Positions 8,906 to 18,189 of a stretch of DNA of 32,000 bases are shown piece after piece. The position numbers and the translations under genes are program-made. Below the pieces are notes generated by a model. The model saw nothing but the letters and a program-made list of their open reading frames with translations, had not been told where the DNA came from and did not search any database. How positions within the stretch are numbered: the stretch's first letter is position 1; each line of letters starts with the position of its first letter. This stretch comes from Horticoccus luteus. Lineage in GTDB: Bacteria; Verrucomicrobiota; Verrucomicrobiia; Opitutales; Opitutaceae. The stretch is from the NCBI RefSeq assembly GCF_019464535.1, contig NZ_CP080507.1, forward strand, positions 870,001 to 902,000. Direction: 5' to 3'.

Positions 8906-8937
8906 GGGAAGACCGGGCGGCGCGCGGCGGGGCGCGT

Positions 8938-10869
8938 TCAGGCGGGCGTCGGCGCAGCGGGTTTCTTCTTGTCGGGCAAGGCGCGGGTGGAGATTTCGGC
9001 CGTGAGTTTCGCGAGGTAGTCGGCGAAGGGTTGCACGCCTTCATCGCCGCGGGCGCGGCTGCGGACGCTGACGGATTTCGCTTCGGCTTCCTTTGCGCCG
9101 AGCACGAGCGTGTAGGGGATTTTTTCGAGTTCGGCGCGGCGGATTTTGGCGCCGAGTTTGTCGCTGTGTTCGTCGAGCGTGGCGCGGACGCCGGCGGCGC
9201 GAAGTTGCGCGAGGAGGTCGCGGCCGTAGTCGTTGGTCTTGTCGCTGATGGGCACGAGGCGGACCTGCTCGGGCGCGAGCCACGCGGGGAAATCGCCGGC
9301 GAAGTGTTCGATGAGCACGCCGCAGAAGCGCTCCATCGAGCCGAAGGGCGCGCGGTGGATCATCACGGGGCGATGCGGCTGATTGTCGGCGCCGATGTAG
9401 GAGAGGTCGAAGCGGACGGGGAGGTTGTAATCGACCTGCACGGTGCCGAGCTGCCATTCGCGGCCGATGACGTCTTTGACGACGAAATCGATTTTCGGCC
9501 CGTAGAACGCGGCCTCGCCGGGCTCTTCCGTGAACGGCACGCCGAGGGTGCGGGCGGCGGCGCGGCAGGCCTCCTCGGCCTTGTCCCAGTTGGCGGCTTC
9601 GCCGGTGTATTTGTTGGAATCGGGATCGCGGAGGCCGACGCGCACGCGGTAGTCGGCCATGCCGAGGGTGCTGAGCACGATCTTCACGAGGGCGAGGCAG
9701 CCGAGGACTTCCTGCGCGACCTGCTCTTCGGTGCAGAAGAGATGGGCGTCGTCCTGCGTGAAACCGCGGACGCGGGTCAGGCCGTTGAGTTCGCCGGATT
9801 GCTCCCAGCGATAGACGGTGCCGAACTCGGCGAGGCGCACGGGGAGATCGCGGTAGCTGTGCGGCTGCGAGGCAAAGATCTTGATGTGATGCGGACAGTT
9901 CATCGGCTTCAGCATGAAGCCGTCGAGAAGCTGATCGTCGGGCTTAACGCGATCGGCGGCGATGGTGTCCTGCCCGGTGCGGGCGTTGACCTGTTCGCGG
10001 AGACGCGCGGAGACGGCGTCGAGGCGGGCGAACGCGTCGGCGCAGGAGCAATTTTCACCAATGGCGCGGGCGAGGGAGTCGTTCTCGAAAACGGGCGAGA
10101 ACTGCGAGTCCTTGTAGTAGGGGAAGTGGCCGGAGGTTTTGTAGAGCTCGAGCTTGCCGATGTGCGGCGTGAAGACCTGGGCGTAGCCCTGCTTGCGCAG
10201 TTCTTCGCTGATGAAGTTTTGCAACTCCTGACGGATGACGGAGCCGTTGGGCGTCCAGAGGATGAGGCCCTGGCCGACGTCTTCGTCGATGTGGAAGAGT
10301 TTCAGGTCGCGGCCGAGTTTGCGGTGATCGCGGGCTTTCGCCTGCTCGAGGCGTTCGAGGTGTTGCGCGAGTTCGTCTTTCGAGGGAAACGCGGTGCCGT
10401 AGATGCGCTGGAGCTGCTTGTTGTTTTCGTCGCCGCGATGATACGCGCCGGCGATGGAGAGGAGTTTGAAGGCCTTGAGCTTCGAGGTGTAGCGGACGTG
10501 GGTGCCGGCGCAGAGGTCGATGAATTCGCCGTTTTGGTAGAACGAGATTTTCTCGTCGGCGGGGATGTCGGCGAGACGGCCGAGTTTGTAGCGTTCCTGG
10601 CCGATGCGTTTGATGATCTCGGTGGCTTCTTCGCGGGAGACTTCCTTGCGCAGGAAGGGCTGGTTCTCGTCGGCGACTTTTTTCATCTCGGCTTCGATCT
10701 TCACGAGATCGTCCGCGGTGAGTTTGTGGTCGAGGTCGATGTCGTAGTAAAAGCCGGTGTCGGTCGGCGGACCGATGTCGAGTTTGGCCTCGGGAAAGAG
10801 GCGGAGGATCGCGGTCGCCATGATGTGCGACGCGGAGTGGCGGAGTTCTTCGAGGGGAGTCATCGACAT
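8938..10869 (-). CDS. thrS: Threonyl-tRNA synthetase (643 aa, no N-terminal TGS domain)
   Basis: The protein begins MSMTPLEELRHSASHIMATAILRLFPEAKLDIGPPTDTGFYYDIDLD, which is the editing-domain HxxxH. Class II core motifs follow: RDHRKLG, GHFPYYKDSQF, KPMNCPHHIKIF, FGTVYRWEQSGELNGLTRVRGFTQDDAHLF, GEAAFYGPKIDF and QLGTVQVDYNLP. An anticodon-binding domain is present. The track ORF extends to 11727, but its first 286 residues are Arg/Pro-rich junk overlapping cysS out of frame. Confidence 0.95.
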   Translation of the reverse strand: MSMTPLEELRHSASHIMATAILRLFPEAKLDIGPPTDTGFYYDIDLDHKLTADDLVKIEAEMKKVADENQPFLRKEVSREEATEIIKRIGQERYKLGRLADIPADEKISFYQNGEFIDLCAGTHVRYTSKLKAFKLLSIAGAYHRGDENNKQLQRIYGTAFPSKDELAQHLERLEQAKARDHRKLGRDLKLFHIDEDVGQGLILWTPNGSVIRQELQNFISEELRKQGYAQVFTPHIGKLELYKTSGHFPYYKDSQFSPVFENDSLARAIGENCSCADAFARLDAVSARLREQVNARTGQDTIAADRVKPDDQLLDGFMLKPMNCPHHIKIFASQPHSYRDLPVRLAEFGTVYRWEQSGELNGLTRVRGFTQDDAHLFCTEEQVAQEVLGCLALVKIVLSTLGMADYRVRVGLRDPDSNKYTGEAANWDKAEEACRAAARTLGVPFTEEPGEAAFYGPKIDFVVKDVIGREWQLGTVQVDYNLPVRFDLSYIGADNQPHRPVMIHRAPFGSMERFCGVLIEHFAGDFPAWLAPEQVRLVPISDKTNDYGRDLLAQLRAAGVRATLDEHSDKLGAKIRRAELEKIPYTLVLGAKEAEAKSVSVRSRARGDEGVQPFADYLAKLTAEISTRALPDKKKPAAPTPA

Positions 10870-11009
10870 GGCGGAAAGGGAGGAGAAGGTTTCGGATTTA
10901 GCCACAGAGTTCACTGAGCTCTGACCCAGAGGACACGGAGCCGGAGCATCCTTGTCTTTGGTGAGCCCGGATTGGTGTTCCGTGCGCTTGAGGGCGGAAA
11001 TTCGGGGCG

Positions 11010-12386
<1,377 letters not shown>

Positions 12387-12730
12387 GGAAACGAAAATAG
12401 GAGGTTGAGCGGCTAACAGGTTTTCCGCGGGAGCGGAACGGTCTTTTTCGGACGGGGCGGCGCGCAGGGCGCGGGCCGGCGGTTGGGGGCGGAACGCCCG
12501 GTTAACAACCGCAAGACGTCGTTCGCGTCGTGGTCGTCTGACGCGTCAACGAAGAGAAACGTGAAGCAGCCAATCGCATGGCGAGGGGAGGCAACGCATA
12601 ACCGCGCAGCGGCGCAAGCGTTGAGTTGAACGGGGTGCGCGGCGCGGCGGCGGGCGCAGGTTTTCCTCGGGCGGCGCGGGGAGAATCGTGTCGCGGCGGG
12701 CCGGGCGGTATGCTTTAGTGGCGGACGTTT

Positions 12731-13747
12731 ATGGATGACGCATTCAAACTGAACCTGGTGCAACGGCCGCGGCGCTTGCGGCGGACGGCGAGCCTGCGGG
12801 CGATGGTCGAGGAGACCGTGCTGCGGCCGGCGGATTTCATTGCGCCGTTGTTTGTGGTCGAAGGCGACGCGGCGCCGGAGGAGATCAACTCCATGCCGGG
12901 GGTGTTTCGATTTGGCCTCGCGGACTTGGTCAAGGAGTGCCGCGAGATTCAGGCGGCGGGCGTGCCGGCGGTGGCGCTGTTTCCGAAACTCGATCCGAAG
13001 CTCAAGGACGACGAGGGGTCGCTGGCGCTGGACGAGAACGCGTTGGTGTTGCGCGCGGTGCGGGCGGTGAAGGCGGCGGTGCCGGAGCTGACGATTTTGA
13101 CGGATGTGGCGCTCGATCCCTACACCTCGCACGGGCACGACGGCGTGCTGACGGCGGAGCGCGACGACGTGGACAACGATCGCACGGTGGGAATCCTGGC
13201 GCGCATGGCGGTGCTGCAGGCGCGGGCGGGCGTGGACGTGGTGGCGCCGAGCGACATGATGGACGGACGCGTGGGCGCGATTCGCGCGGCGCTGGATGCG
13301 GCGGGTTTCGCGGGGAAGGCGATCATGGCGTATTCGGCGAAGTTCAACTCGGGGTATTACGGGCCGTTTCGCGAGGCGGTGGGCAGTGCGCAGGCGGCGG
13401 GCACGCGTTTGCTGAGCAAGGCGACGTATCAGCTCAACCCGGCGAACCGGCGCGAGGCGATCCAAGAGGCGCTGCTCGATGAAGGCGAGGGCGCGGACAT
13501 GATCATGGTGAAGCCGGCGGGACTGTATCTGGACATCATCCGCGACGTGCGGGAGCGGACGCAGAAGCCGGTGGCGGCGTATCAGATTTCAGGCGAATAC
13601 GCGCAAATCCAGGCGGCGGCGCGTCTGGGCTGGCTGGATCTGGCGCGTTGCCGGCACGAGTCGCTGCTCGCAATCAAGCGGGCGGGTGCGGACATGATTC
13701 TGACGTATTTTGCGAAGGAGATGGCGAAAGCGTTGCGCGGAGCATAG
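12731..13747 (+). CDS. hemB: Porphobilinogen synthase (delta-aminolevulinate dehydratase), Asp-rich zinc-independent type
   Basis: Motifs present are RPRRLRRT, FIAPLFVVEG, MAYSAKFNSGYYGPFREA, GADMIMVKPAGLYLDII, VAAYQISGEYA and ADMILTYFA. The metal-site segment reads DVALDPYTSHGHDG, with Asp where zinc enzymes have Cys. Confidence 0.95.
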   Translation: MDDAFKLNLVQRPRRLRRTASLRAMVEETVLRPADFIAPLFVVEGDAAPEEINSMPGVFRFGLADLVKECREIQAAGVPAVALFPKLDPKLKDDEGSLALDENALVLRAVRAVKAAVPELTILTDVALDPYTSHGHDGVLTAERDDVDNDRTVGILARMAVLQARAGVDVVAPSDMMDGRVGAIRAALDAAGFAGKAIMAYSAKFNSGYYGPFREAVGSAQAAGTRLLSKATYQLNPANRREAIQEALLDEGEGADMIMVKPAGLYLDIIRDVRERTQKPVAAYQISGEYAQIQAAARLGWLDLARCRHESLLAIKRAGADMILTYFAKEMAKALRGA

Positions 13748-13803
13748 GCGCAACGTCGCCCGCCAATCACGCGAAGCGACGCGAACGTAGGAGACCGATT
13801 GGT

Positions 13804-15261
13804 TCAGGCGCGCCGACGCAGGGTGCTGTGACGGACGCTGTAGCCGAAATAAACGGCGAAACCGATGGCCATCCAGATCGCGAGGCGCAGCCAGGTATCG
13901 AGCGGGAGCATGCACATCTGGCCCACGCAGGTCAGGACGCCGAGCGTGGAGACGAGCGGGAACCACGGCGTGCGGAACGGGCGCGGGAGATCGGGGCGTT
14001 TTGCGCGGAGCACCCAGACGCCAACGCACACGAGGGCGAACGCCATGAGGGTGCCGATGGAGATGAGTTCGCCGAGCAGATCGAGCGGGAGCAGACCGGC
14101 GACGATCGCAGCGACAGCGCCCGTGACGAGGGTGGTGAGGTAGGGCGTGCGGAAGCGCGGATGGAGCTTCGCAAAGATGGCGGGCAGCAAGCCATCCTTG
14201 GCCATGGAAAAGAAGATGCGCGGCTGGCCGAGAAGCGAGACGAGGGCGACGGAGGTGAGGCCGGCAAGGGTGGCGATCTCGATGCCGAAACGTAAAATAG
14301 GAGGCGCGCCGACGTGCTGAAGCGCGAAGACGAACGGGGCATCGACGCCGAGCTGCGGGTAGTGGACCATGGCGGTGAGCACGAGGGAGACGCCGATAAA
14401 GAGGAACGCGCACACGGCGAGGCAGCCGAGCAGGCCGATGGGCATGTTACGCTGCGGATGGCGCGTTTCCTGGGCGGCGCACGAGACGTTGTCGAAGCCG
14501 ACATAGGCGAAGAAAATAACGGCGGCGCCCTTGAAAACGCCGCTCCAGCCGAATTCGCCGAAGGTCCCGGTATTCGCCGGGATGAAGGGACGCAGATTTT
14601 GCGCGGCGAGGGCGCGATGGCCGAAAATCCACCACACGCCGTAAGCCATCAAAGCGAGGAGCACGCCGACTTTGATGACGACCATGGTGTTGTTGAAATT
14701 CGCGGATTCCTTGATGCCGATCACGAGGATGAACGTGAGGATCGCGATGATCGCGATGGCGGGGAGATTGATGAATGCGCCCGTGGTCACGAGATGGCCT
14801 TTCTCAAGTGCGAAGGGCGCGGCGCTGACGGCGGCGGGCAGCGTGACGCCAAATTCGCCGAGGAGGCCCTGCACCGCACCGGACCAACTGACGGCGACGG
14901 CGGCACCGGAGAACAGATATTCCAAGATCAAATCCCAGCCGACGATCCAGGCGAGAAACTCGCCCATGGTCGCGTAGGTGTAGGTGTAGGCGCTGCCGGC
15001 GACGGGGATCATCGTGCTGAACTCCGCGTAGCACAGGCCGGCGAAGAGGCAGCAGATGCCGGAAAAGATGAACGAGAGGACAATCGCCGGGCCGGCGTAT
15101 TGCGCGGCGGAAACGCCGGCGAGGACGAAGATGCCGGCACCGACGACGGAGCCGATGCCGAGGCTGATGAGGTTGAGCGGGCCGAGGTCGCGCTTCATGC
15201 GCGGGCCGCTCTCTGACTCCGCGATCAGCGTGGCGACGGGCTTCGTTTGGAAGAGGCGCAT
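13804..15261 (-). CDS. APC-superfamily amino-acid permease (cationic amino-acid transporter-like)
   Basis: The start is taken at the ATG at 15261 ([18 protein letters not shown]..). The sequence [24 protein letters not shown]...[39 protein letters not shown] is the APC consensus. Hydrophobic segments run throughout. Confidence 0.9.
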   Translation of the reverse strand: MRLFQTKPVATLIAESESGPRMKRDLGPLNLISLGIGSVVGAGIFVLAGVSAAQYAGPAIVLSFIFSGICCLFAGLCYAEFSTMIPVAGSAYTYTYATMGEFLAWIVGWDLILEYLFSGAAVAVSWSGAVQGLLGEFGVTLPAAVSAAPFALEKGHLVTTGAFINLPAIAIIAILTFILVIGIKESANFNNTMVVIKVGVLLALMAYGVWWIFGHRALAAQNLRPFIPANTGTFGEFGWSGVFKGAAVIFFAYVGFDNVSCAAQETRHPQRNMPIGLLGCLAVCAFLFIGVSLVLTAMVHYPQLGVDAPFVFALQHVGAPPILRFGIEIATLAGLTSVALVSLLGQPRIFFSMAKDGLLPAIFAKLHPRFRTPYLTTLVTGAVAAIVAGLLPLDLLGELISIGTLMAFALVCVGVWVLRAKRPDLPRPFRTPWFPLVSTLGVLTCVGQMCMLPLDTWLRLAIWMAIGFAVYFGYSVRHSTLRRRA

Positions 15262-15322
15262 GGTGGGGCGCGCCGAAGCTGGCGAGCGGCCCGTGGGCCG
15301 GCGAGTGCGAAGATGCGCGCAC

Positions 15323-15348
15323 AAAAAAGGCGGCCGATGAGGGCCGCC
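15323..15348 (-). terminator. Rho-independent terminator downstream of the acidic-protein gene
   Basis: The minus strand reads GGCGGCC-ctcatc-GGCCGCC-TTTTTT. This is a perfect 7-bp GC stem (15329-15335 / 15342-15348) with a 6-nt loop, followed by a 6-U run (15323-15328). It begins 26 nt after the stop at 15374. Confidence 0.75.
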
Positions 15349-15373
15349 TGCAGGCTAAACGGAAGGAATTAGC

Positions 15374-16174
15374 TCAGCGCTTCCGGGAAGGACGCTTGGG
15401 CTTTTCGTCCTCATCTTCGTCGGACTCTTCGTCGTCCTCATCTTCATCCTCTTCGTCCTCATCCTCGTCCTCGTCGTCGCCCGCTTTGCCTTCTTTTTTC
15501 TCTTCTTCTTCGCCTTCTTCGTCTTCGTCCCAGCGGAGGGACTCGTCGTTTTTCAGCTTCTCCTCTTCCTCGGCGTCGAGTTCGGGGAGGTCGTCTTCAT
15601 CGGCATCGGCTTCCTTGGCGGGATGCTCATCGTCGGATTCATAACCGGCGGGCATGTAGTCGAGGATGGCGGTGAGTTCGGCGAACGTGTGGAGCGCTTT
15701 GCCTTCGATGAAGTGGGTGTTTTGTTCTTCGCGAATCTCGTCTTCGACTTCGTCGACGGTGAGCTTGGACTCGAAGTCAAAGAGGTCGTTGAGCATCTTC
15801 ACGCGGCAGCGGGTGACGTGGTCGAGGAGGTCGGCGTAAGGGCCGTTTTCCTCGTCGAGCAAATCGGGCAGGGCAAAGAGGCGTTCGTCAGAATCGAAGA
15901 GCGATTCCTTGGTGCGCTTCAGGCGCACGCGGCCGTCGCCGAGGTCCTTCTCGATCCGGAAGGCGATGAACGCGCGCTCCACGATTTCCTGATCGAAGCC
16001 GTAATCGCGCAGGGGATCGACGAGTTCGACGAGGTGACTGACCTGACGGGGATCGATGATGCTGAGGCCGTCGACGTCCCAGCGAACAGGGTCGCTGACT
16101 TCGTCGACCCACCAGTTATGATCTTCGCCGAGACGAACGATACACCAATCGAGAGTTTGCGTGGCTTTGGCCAT
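15374..16174 (-). CDS. Hyper-acidic hypothetical protein (266 aa) with a D/E-rich C-terminal tail and a basic tip
   Basis: The ORF has an ATG start and is followed by a clean terminator. The N-terminal roughly 175 aa look globular (MAKATQTLDWCIVRLGEDHNWWVDEVSDPVRWDVDGLSIIDPRQ...HFIEGKALHTFAELTAILDYMPAGYE). By my count, 52 of the last 89 residues are Asp/Glu. The protein ends in KPKRPSRKR. I recognise no family. Confidence 0.7.
   Translation of the reverse strand: MAKATQTLDWCIVRLGEDHNWWVDEVSDPVRWDVDGLSIIDPRQVSHLVELVDPLRDYGFDQEIVERAFIAFRIEKDLGDGRVRLKRTKESLFDSDERLFALPDLLDEENGPYADLLDHVTRCRVKMLNDLFDFESKLTVDEVEDEIREEQNTHFIEGKALHTFAELTAILDYMPAGYESDDEHPAKEADADEDDLPELDAEEEEKLKNDESLRWDEDEEGEEEEKKEGKAGDDEDEDEDEEDEDEDDEESDEDEDEKPKRPSRKR
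15404..15529 (-). repeat. Low-complexity GAN-codon tract encoding the D/E run
   Basis: The plus strand is a near-continuous (ttc/gtc/ctc/atc)n tract: ttcgtcctcatcttcgtcggactcttcgtcgtcctcatcttcatcctcttcgtcctcatcctcgtcctcgtcgtcg... It encodes DEDEEGEEEEKKEGKAGDDEDEDEDEEDEDEDDEESDEDEDE. This is an imperfect trinucleotide-periodic repeat. Confidence 0.6.
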
Positions 16175-16356
16175 AGAGACAGAGAGAGGAGACAGGGATG
16201 ATTTTTGGCGCAGCGTGCGAGGGGAGGTTCAAAAAACAAGCACAAAAACCGGCGGAAAAGCGCGTGGACGGAGGGTGAAAAATCCCGGGCCGCGAGCGAA
16301 TATAAGCCAGTGGGGCACTTGCCTTTTCAGGCGACGATTTCAGAGTCGGCGGTCTC

Positions 16357-17409
16357 ATGGGCCGATTCTATAAAAACGTGACGCGCCGGCTGCTTTTCCG
16401 AATGGATGCAGAGCACGCGCATGAGTTGGCCGTGAGCGCGATGGCGGGTTTGGCGGCGGTGCGGCCGCTCGCGCGGCTCGTGGAGGCGATGGCGGCGGTG
16501 CCGGCGTGGGCCCGCCAGCCGGTGGCGTGCGGCGGGCTGATGTTTCCCAACCGGATCGGTCTGGCGGCAGGTTTCGACAAGAACGCGAGAGCGTGGCCGG
16601 CCGCGGCGGCGTTGGGTTTCGGGCACGTGGAGATCGGCACGGTGACGGCGCAAGCGCAGCCGGGGAACACGCGGCCGCGCGTGTTTCGTTATCCCGCGCA
16701 GGAGGCGGTGATCAACCGCATGGGTTTCAACAACGAAGGGGCGGCGGCCGTGGCGCAGCGGCTGGCGGGGCAGCCGGGCGTGGGGGCGCGGCGCATTCCG
16801 CTCGGCGTGAATCTGGGCAAGTCGAAGGTGGCTTCGCTGGACCAGGCGACGGCGGATTATTTGACGAGTTTTGCGGCGCTGGCGGACCATGCGGACTACG
16901 TGGTGCTGAACGTCTCCAGTCCGAATACACCGGATTTGCGGAAACTGCAGGACGAGGATCGACTGCGGGAGTTGCTGGGTGCGGTGACGGCGGCCAACCG
17001 CGCGCGCGGCGCGGGGGCCAAGCCCCTGTGGTTGAAGATCGCGCCGGATCTGAGTTTTGCGCAGATCGAGGCCGTCCTGCAGGTGATTGCTGAATTTGGG
17101 CTCACGGGAATCATCGCCACGAACACGACGCTCGGTCGGCCGGGGGCGCTGGCGGAGGCGAACGAAATCGGCGGGTTGAGCGGAGCGCCGTTGCGGCGGC
17201 GGGCAACGGAGGTGATCGCGTATATCGCGAACGCGACACAAGGGCGCCTCCCGATCATCGGCGTGGGCGGGATCATGGACGCGAGGAGCGCGAGTGAGAA
17301 ACTCGATGCCGGCGCGACGCTGGTGCAGGTTTACACGGGGTTGATTTATCGCGGACCGTTTTTCGCGCGCAATCTGACGCTCGGCTTGGTGCATCGGCGG
17401 CCGCTGTGA
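16357..17409 (+). CDS. pyrD: Dihydroorotate dehydrogenase (quinone), class 2
   Basis: The N-terminal membrane-association helices are present (MGRFYKNVTRRLLFRMDAEHAHE). Core motifs are GLAAGFDKNA, GFGHVEIGTVT, PRVFRYPAQEAVINRMGFNNEG, NLGKSK, VLNVSSPNTPDLR (Ser catalytic base, indicating class 2), IIATNTT, GGLSGAPL, IIGVGGI and LVQVYTGLIYRGP. Confidence 0.95.
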   Translation: MGRFYKNVTRRLLFRMDAEHAHELAVSAMAGLAAVRPLARLVEAMAAVPAWARQPVACGGLMFPNRIGLAAGFDKNARAWPAAAALGFGHVEIGTVTAQAQPGNTRPRVFRYPAQEAVINRMGFNNEGAAAVAQRLAGQPGVGARRIPLGVNLGKSKVASLDQATADYLTSFAALADHADYVVLNVSSPNTPDLRKLQDEDRLRELLGAVTAANRARGAGAKPLWLKIAPDLSFAQIEAVLQVIAEFGLTGIIATNTTLGRPGALAEANEIGGLSGAPLRRRATEVIAYIANATQGRLPIIGVGGIMDARSASEKLDAGATLVQVYTGLIYRGPFFARNLTLGLVHRRPL

Positions 17410-17591
17410 ACCTGCGGAGCATTGAGCGTCGCGGGTGGCGGGCGAATTAGTTGTCGGGAACTGACTCCGCGGAGGGCCGGGCGGCGTATGTGTAGGCACC
17501 GGCGATGACGACTCTTCCTATTTCAGAAAACGTGCGCGGGCGGGAAGCTGGCGCGGAAGCATTGGGCGGGCGGCGGCGCCGGGCCGCAGTG

Positions 17592-17620
17592 GGGAATTGA
17601 AATGAGCCGCGCCTCCGAAT
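17592..17620 (+). promoter_or_regulatory. Candidate ECF-type promoter upstream of the sigma/anti-sigma operon
   Basis: The sequence is GGGAATT (17592-17598), a 16-nt spacer, then CCGAAT (17615-17620). A GGAAT-like -35 is common for ECF sigmas. CCGAAT matches my recollection of the mycobacterial SigK -10 element. This is pattern only. It sits just 15 nt before the GTG at 17635, which would imply a very short leader or use of the in-frame ATG at 17680. Confidence 0.2.
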
Positions 17621-17634
17621 AGCCCTCGGTCGCC

Positions 17635-18189
17635 GTGCCGTTGTTCGATGCCGAAACCCTTGCGCAGCATCGCCGCCTCATGGCGCGGCTCGCCGCCGGC
17701 GAGCGCGAGGCGTTGCAACTGCTCTATCTGGAGTTCGCTCCGCTGCTGCACGGCATCGCCCGGCGGATGCTGGAGGACCCGGAAGACGCGCGGGATGCGG
17801 TGCAGGATGCGTTCATCAAGGCTTGGCGGCAGGCGGCGACCTATCGGGCGGAGCGCGGGGAAGTGGTTTCGTGGCTGGTTTTCATCGTGCGCCGGTCGGC
17901 GATTGACCGACTGCGCAAAGGCGCGCGGCGACGTCGTCTGCACGAGACGCTGCGGCGCGAGCCGGTGGAAATGGCGGAGCGGGAGGGAGGCGGGACTCCG
18001 CTTGATAGCGAAAATCTCGACGGCTACCTCGGACAACTGTCAGCGGCGCAGCGGCAGGCGCTGGAGCTGGCGTTTTTCGGAGGGTGCACGCAGGGAGAAA
18101 TTGCGGAGGCGATGCAAACGCCGGTGGGCAACGTTAAGAATCATTTGCGGCGCGGGCTCATGAAGCTGCGTCAACTGGCAAAACCATGA
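17635..18189 (+). CDS. ECF (group IV) RNA polymerase sigma factor
   Basis: Region 2 reads LMARLAAGEREALQLLYLEFAPLLHGIARRMLEDPEDARDAVQDAFIKAWRQAATY...SWLVFIVRRSAIDRLRK. Region 4 reads LSAAQRQALELAFFGGCTQGEIAEAMQTPVGNVKNHLRRGLMKLR. The track start is a GTG, and the in-frame ATG at 17680 is an alternative. The stop overlaps the next gene's ATG (ATGA). Confidence 0.9.
   Translation: MPLFDAETLAQHRRLMARLAAGEREALQLLYLEFAPLLHGIARRMLEDPEDARDAVQDAFIKAWRQAATYRAERGEVVSWLVFIVRRSAIDRLRKGARRRRLHETLRREPVEMAEREGGGTPLDSENLDGYLGQLSAAQRQALELAFFGGCTQGEIAEAMQTPVGNVKNHLRRGLMKLRQLAKP

Noticed and set aside
10870-11009. A possible thrS autoregulatory operator or leader structure in the 140-nt cysS-thrS spacer. One example is the hairpin CAGAG-ctcagtgaa-CTCTG on the minus strand.
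   Set aside because: I found only short, weak hairpins and no anticodon-arm mimic (no xGU anticodon-like loop). The evidence is not sufficient to call.
15396-15644. A poly-serine ORF (MGFSSSSSSDSSSSSSSSSSSSSS...) on the plus strand.
   Set aside because: It is the antisense reading of the GAN-codon tract that encodes the D/E tail. The minus-strand gene has a proper start, a globular N-terminal region and a terminator.
16186-16278. AGGAGA followed 6 nt later by ATG at 16198, opening a 26-codon plus-strand mini-ORF (MIFGAACEGRFKKQAQKPAEKRVDGG) in the spacer between the acidic-protein gene and pyrD.
   Set aside because: The apparent SD is the complement of the CU-rich tract upstream of the acidic-protein gene. 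The ORF is very short and has no distinguishing features. I cannot support it without conservation or expression data.
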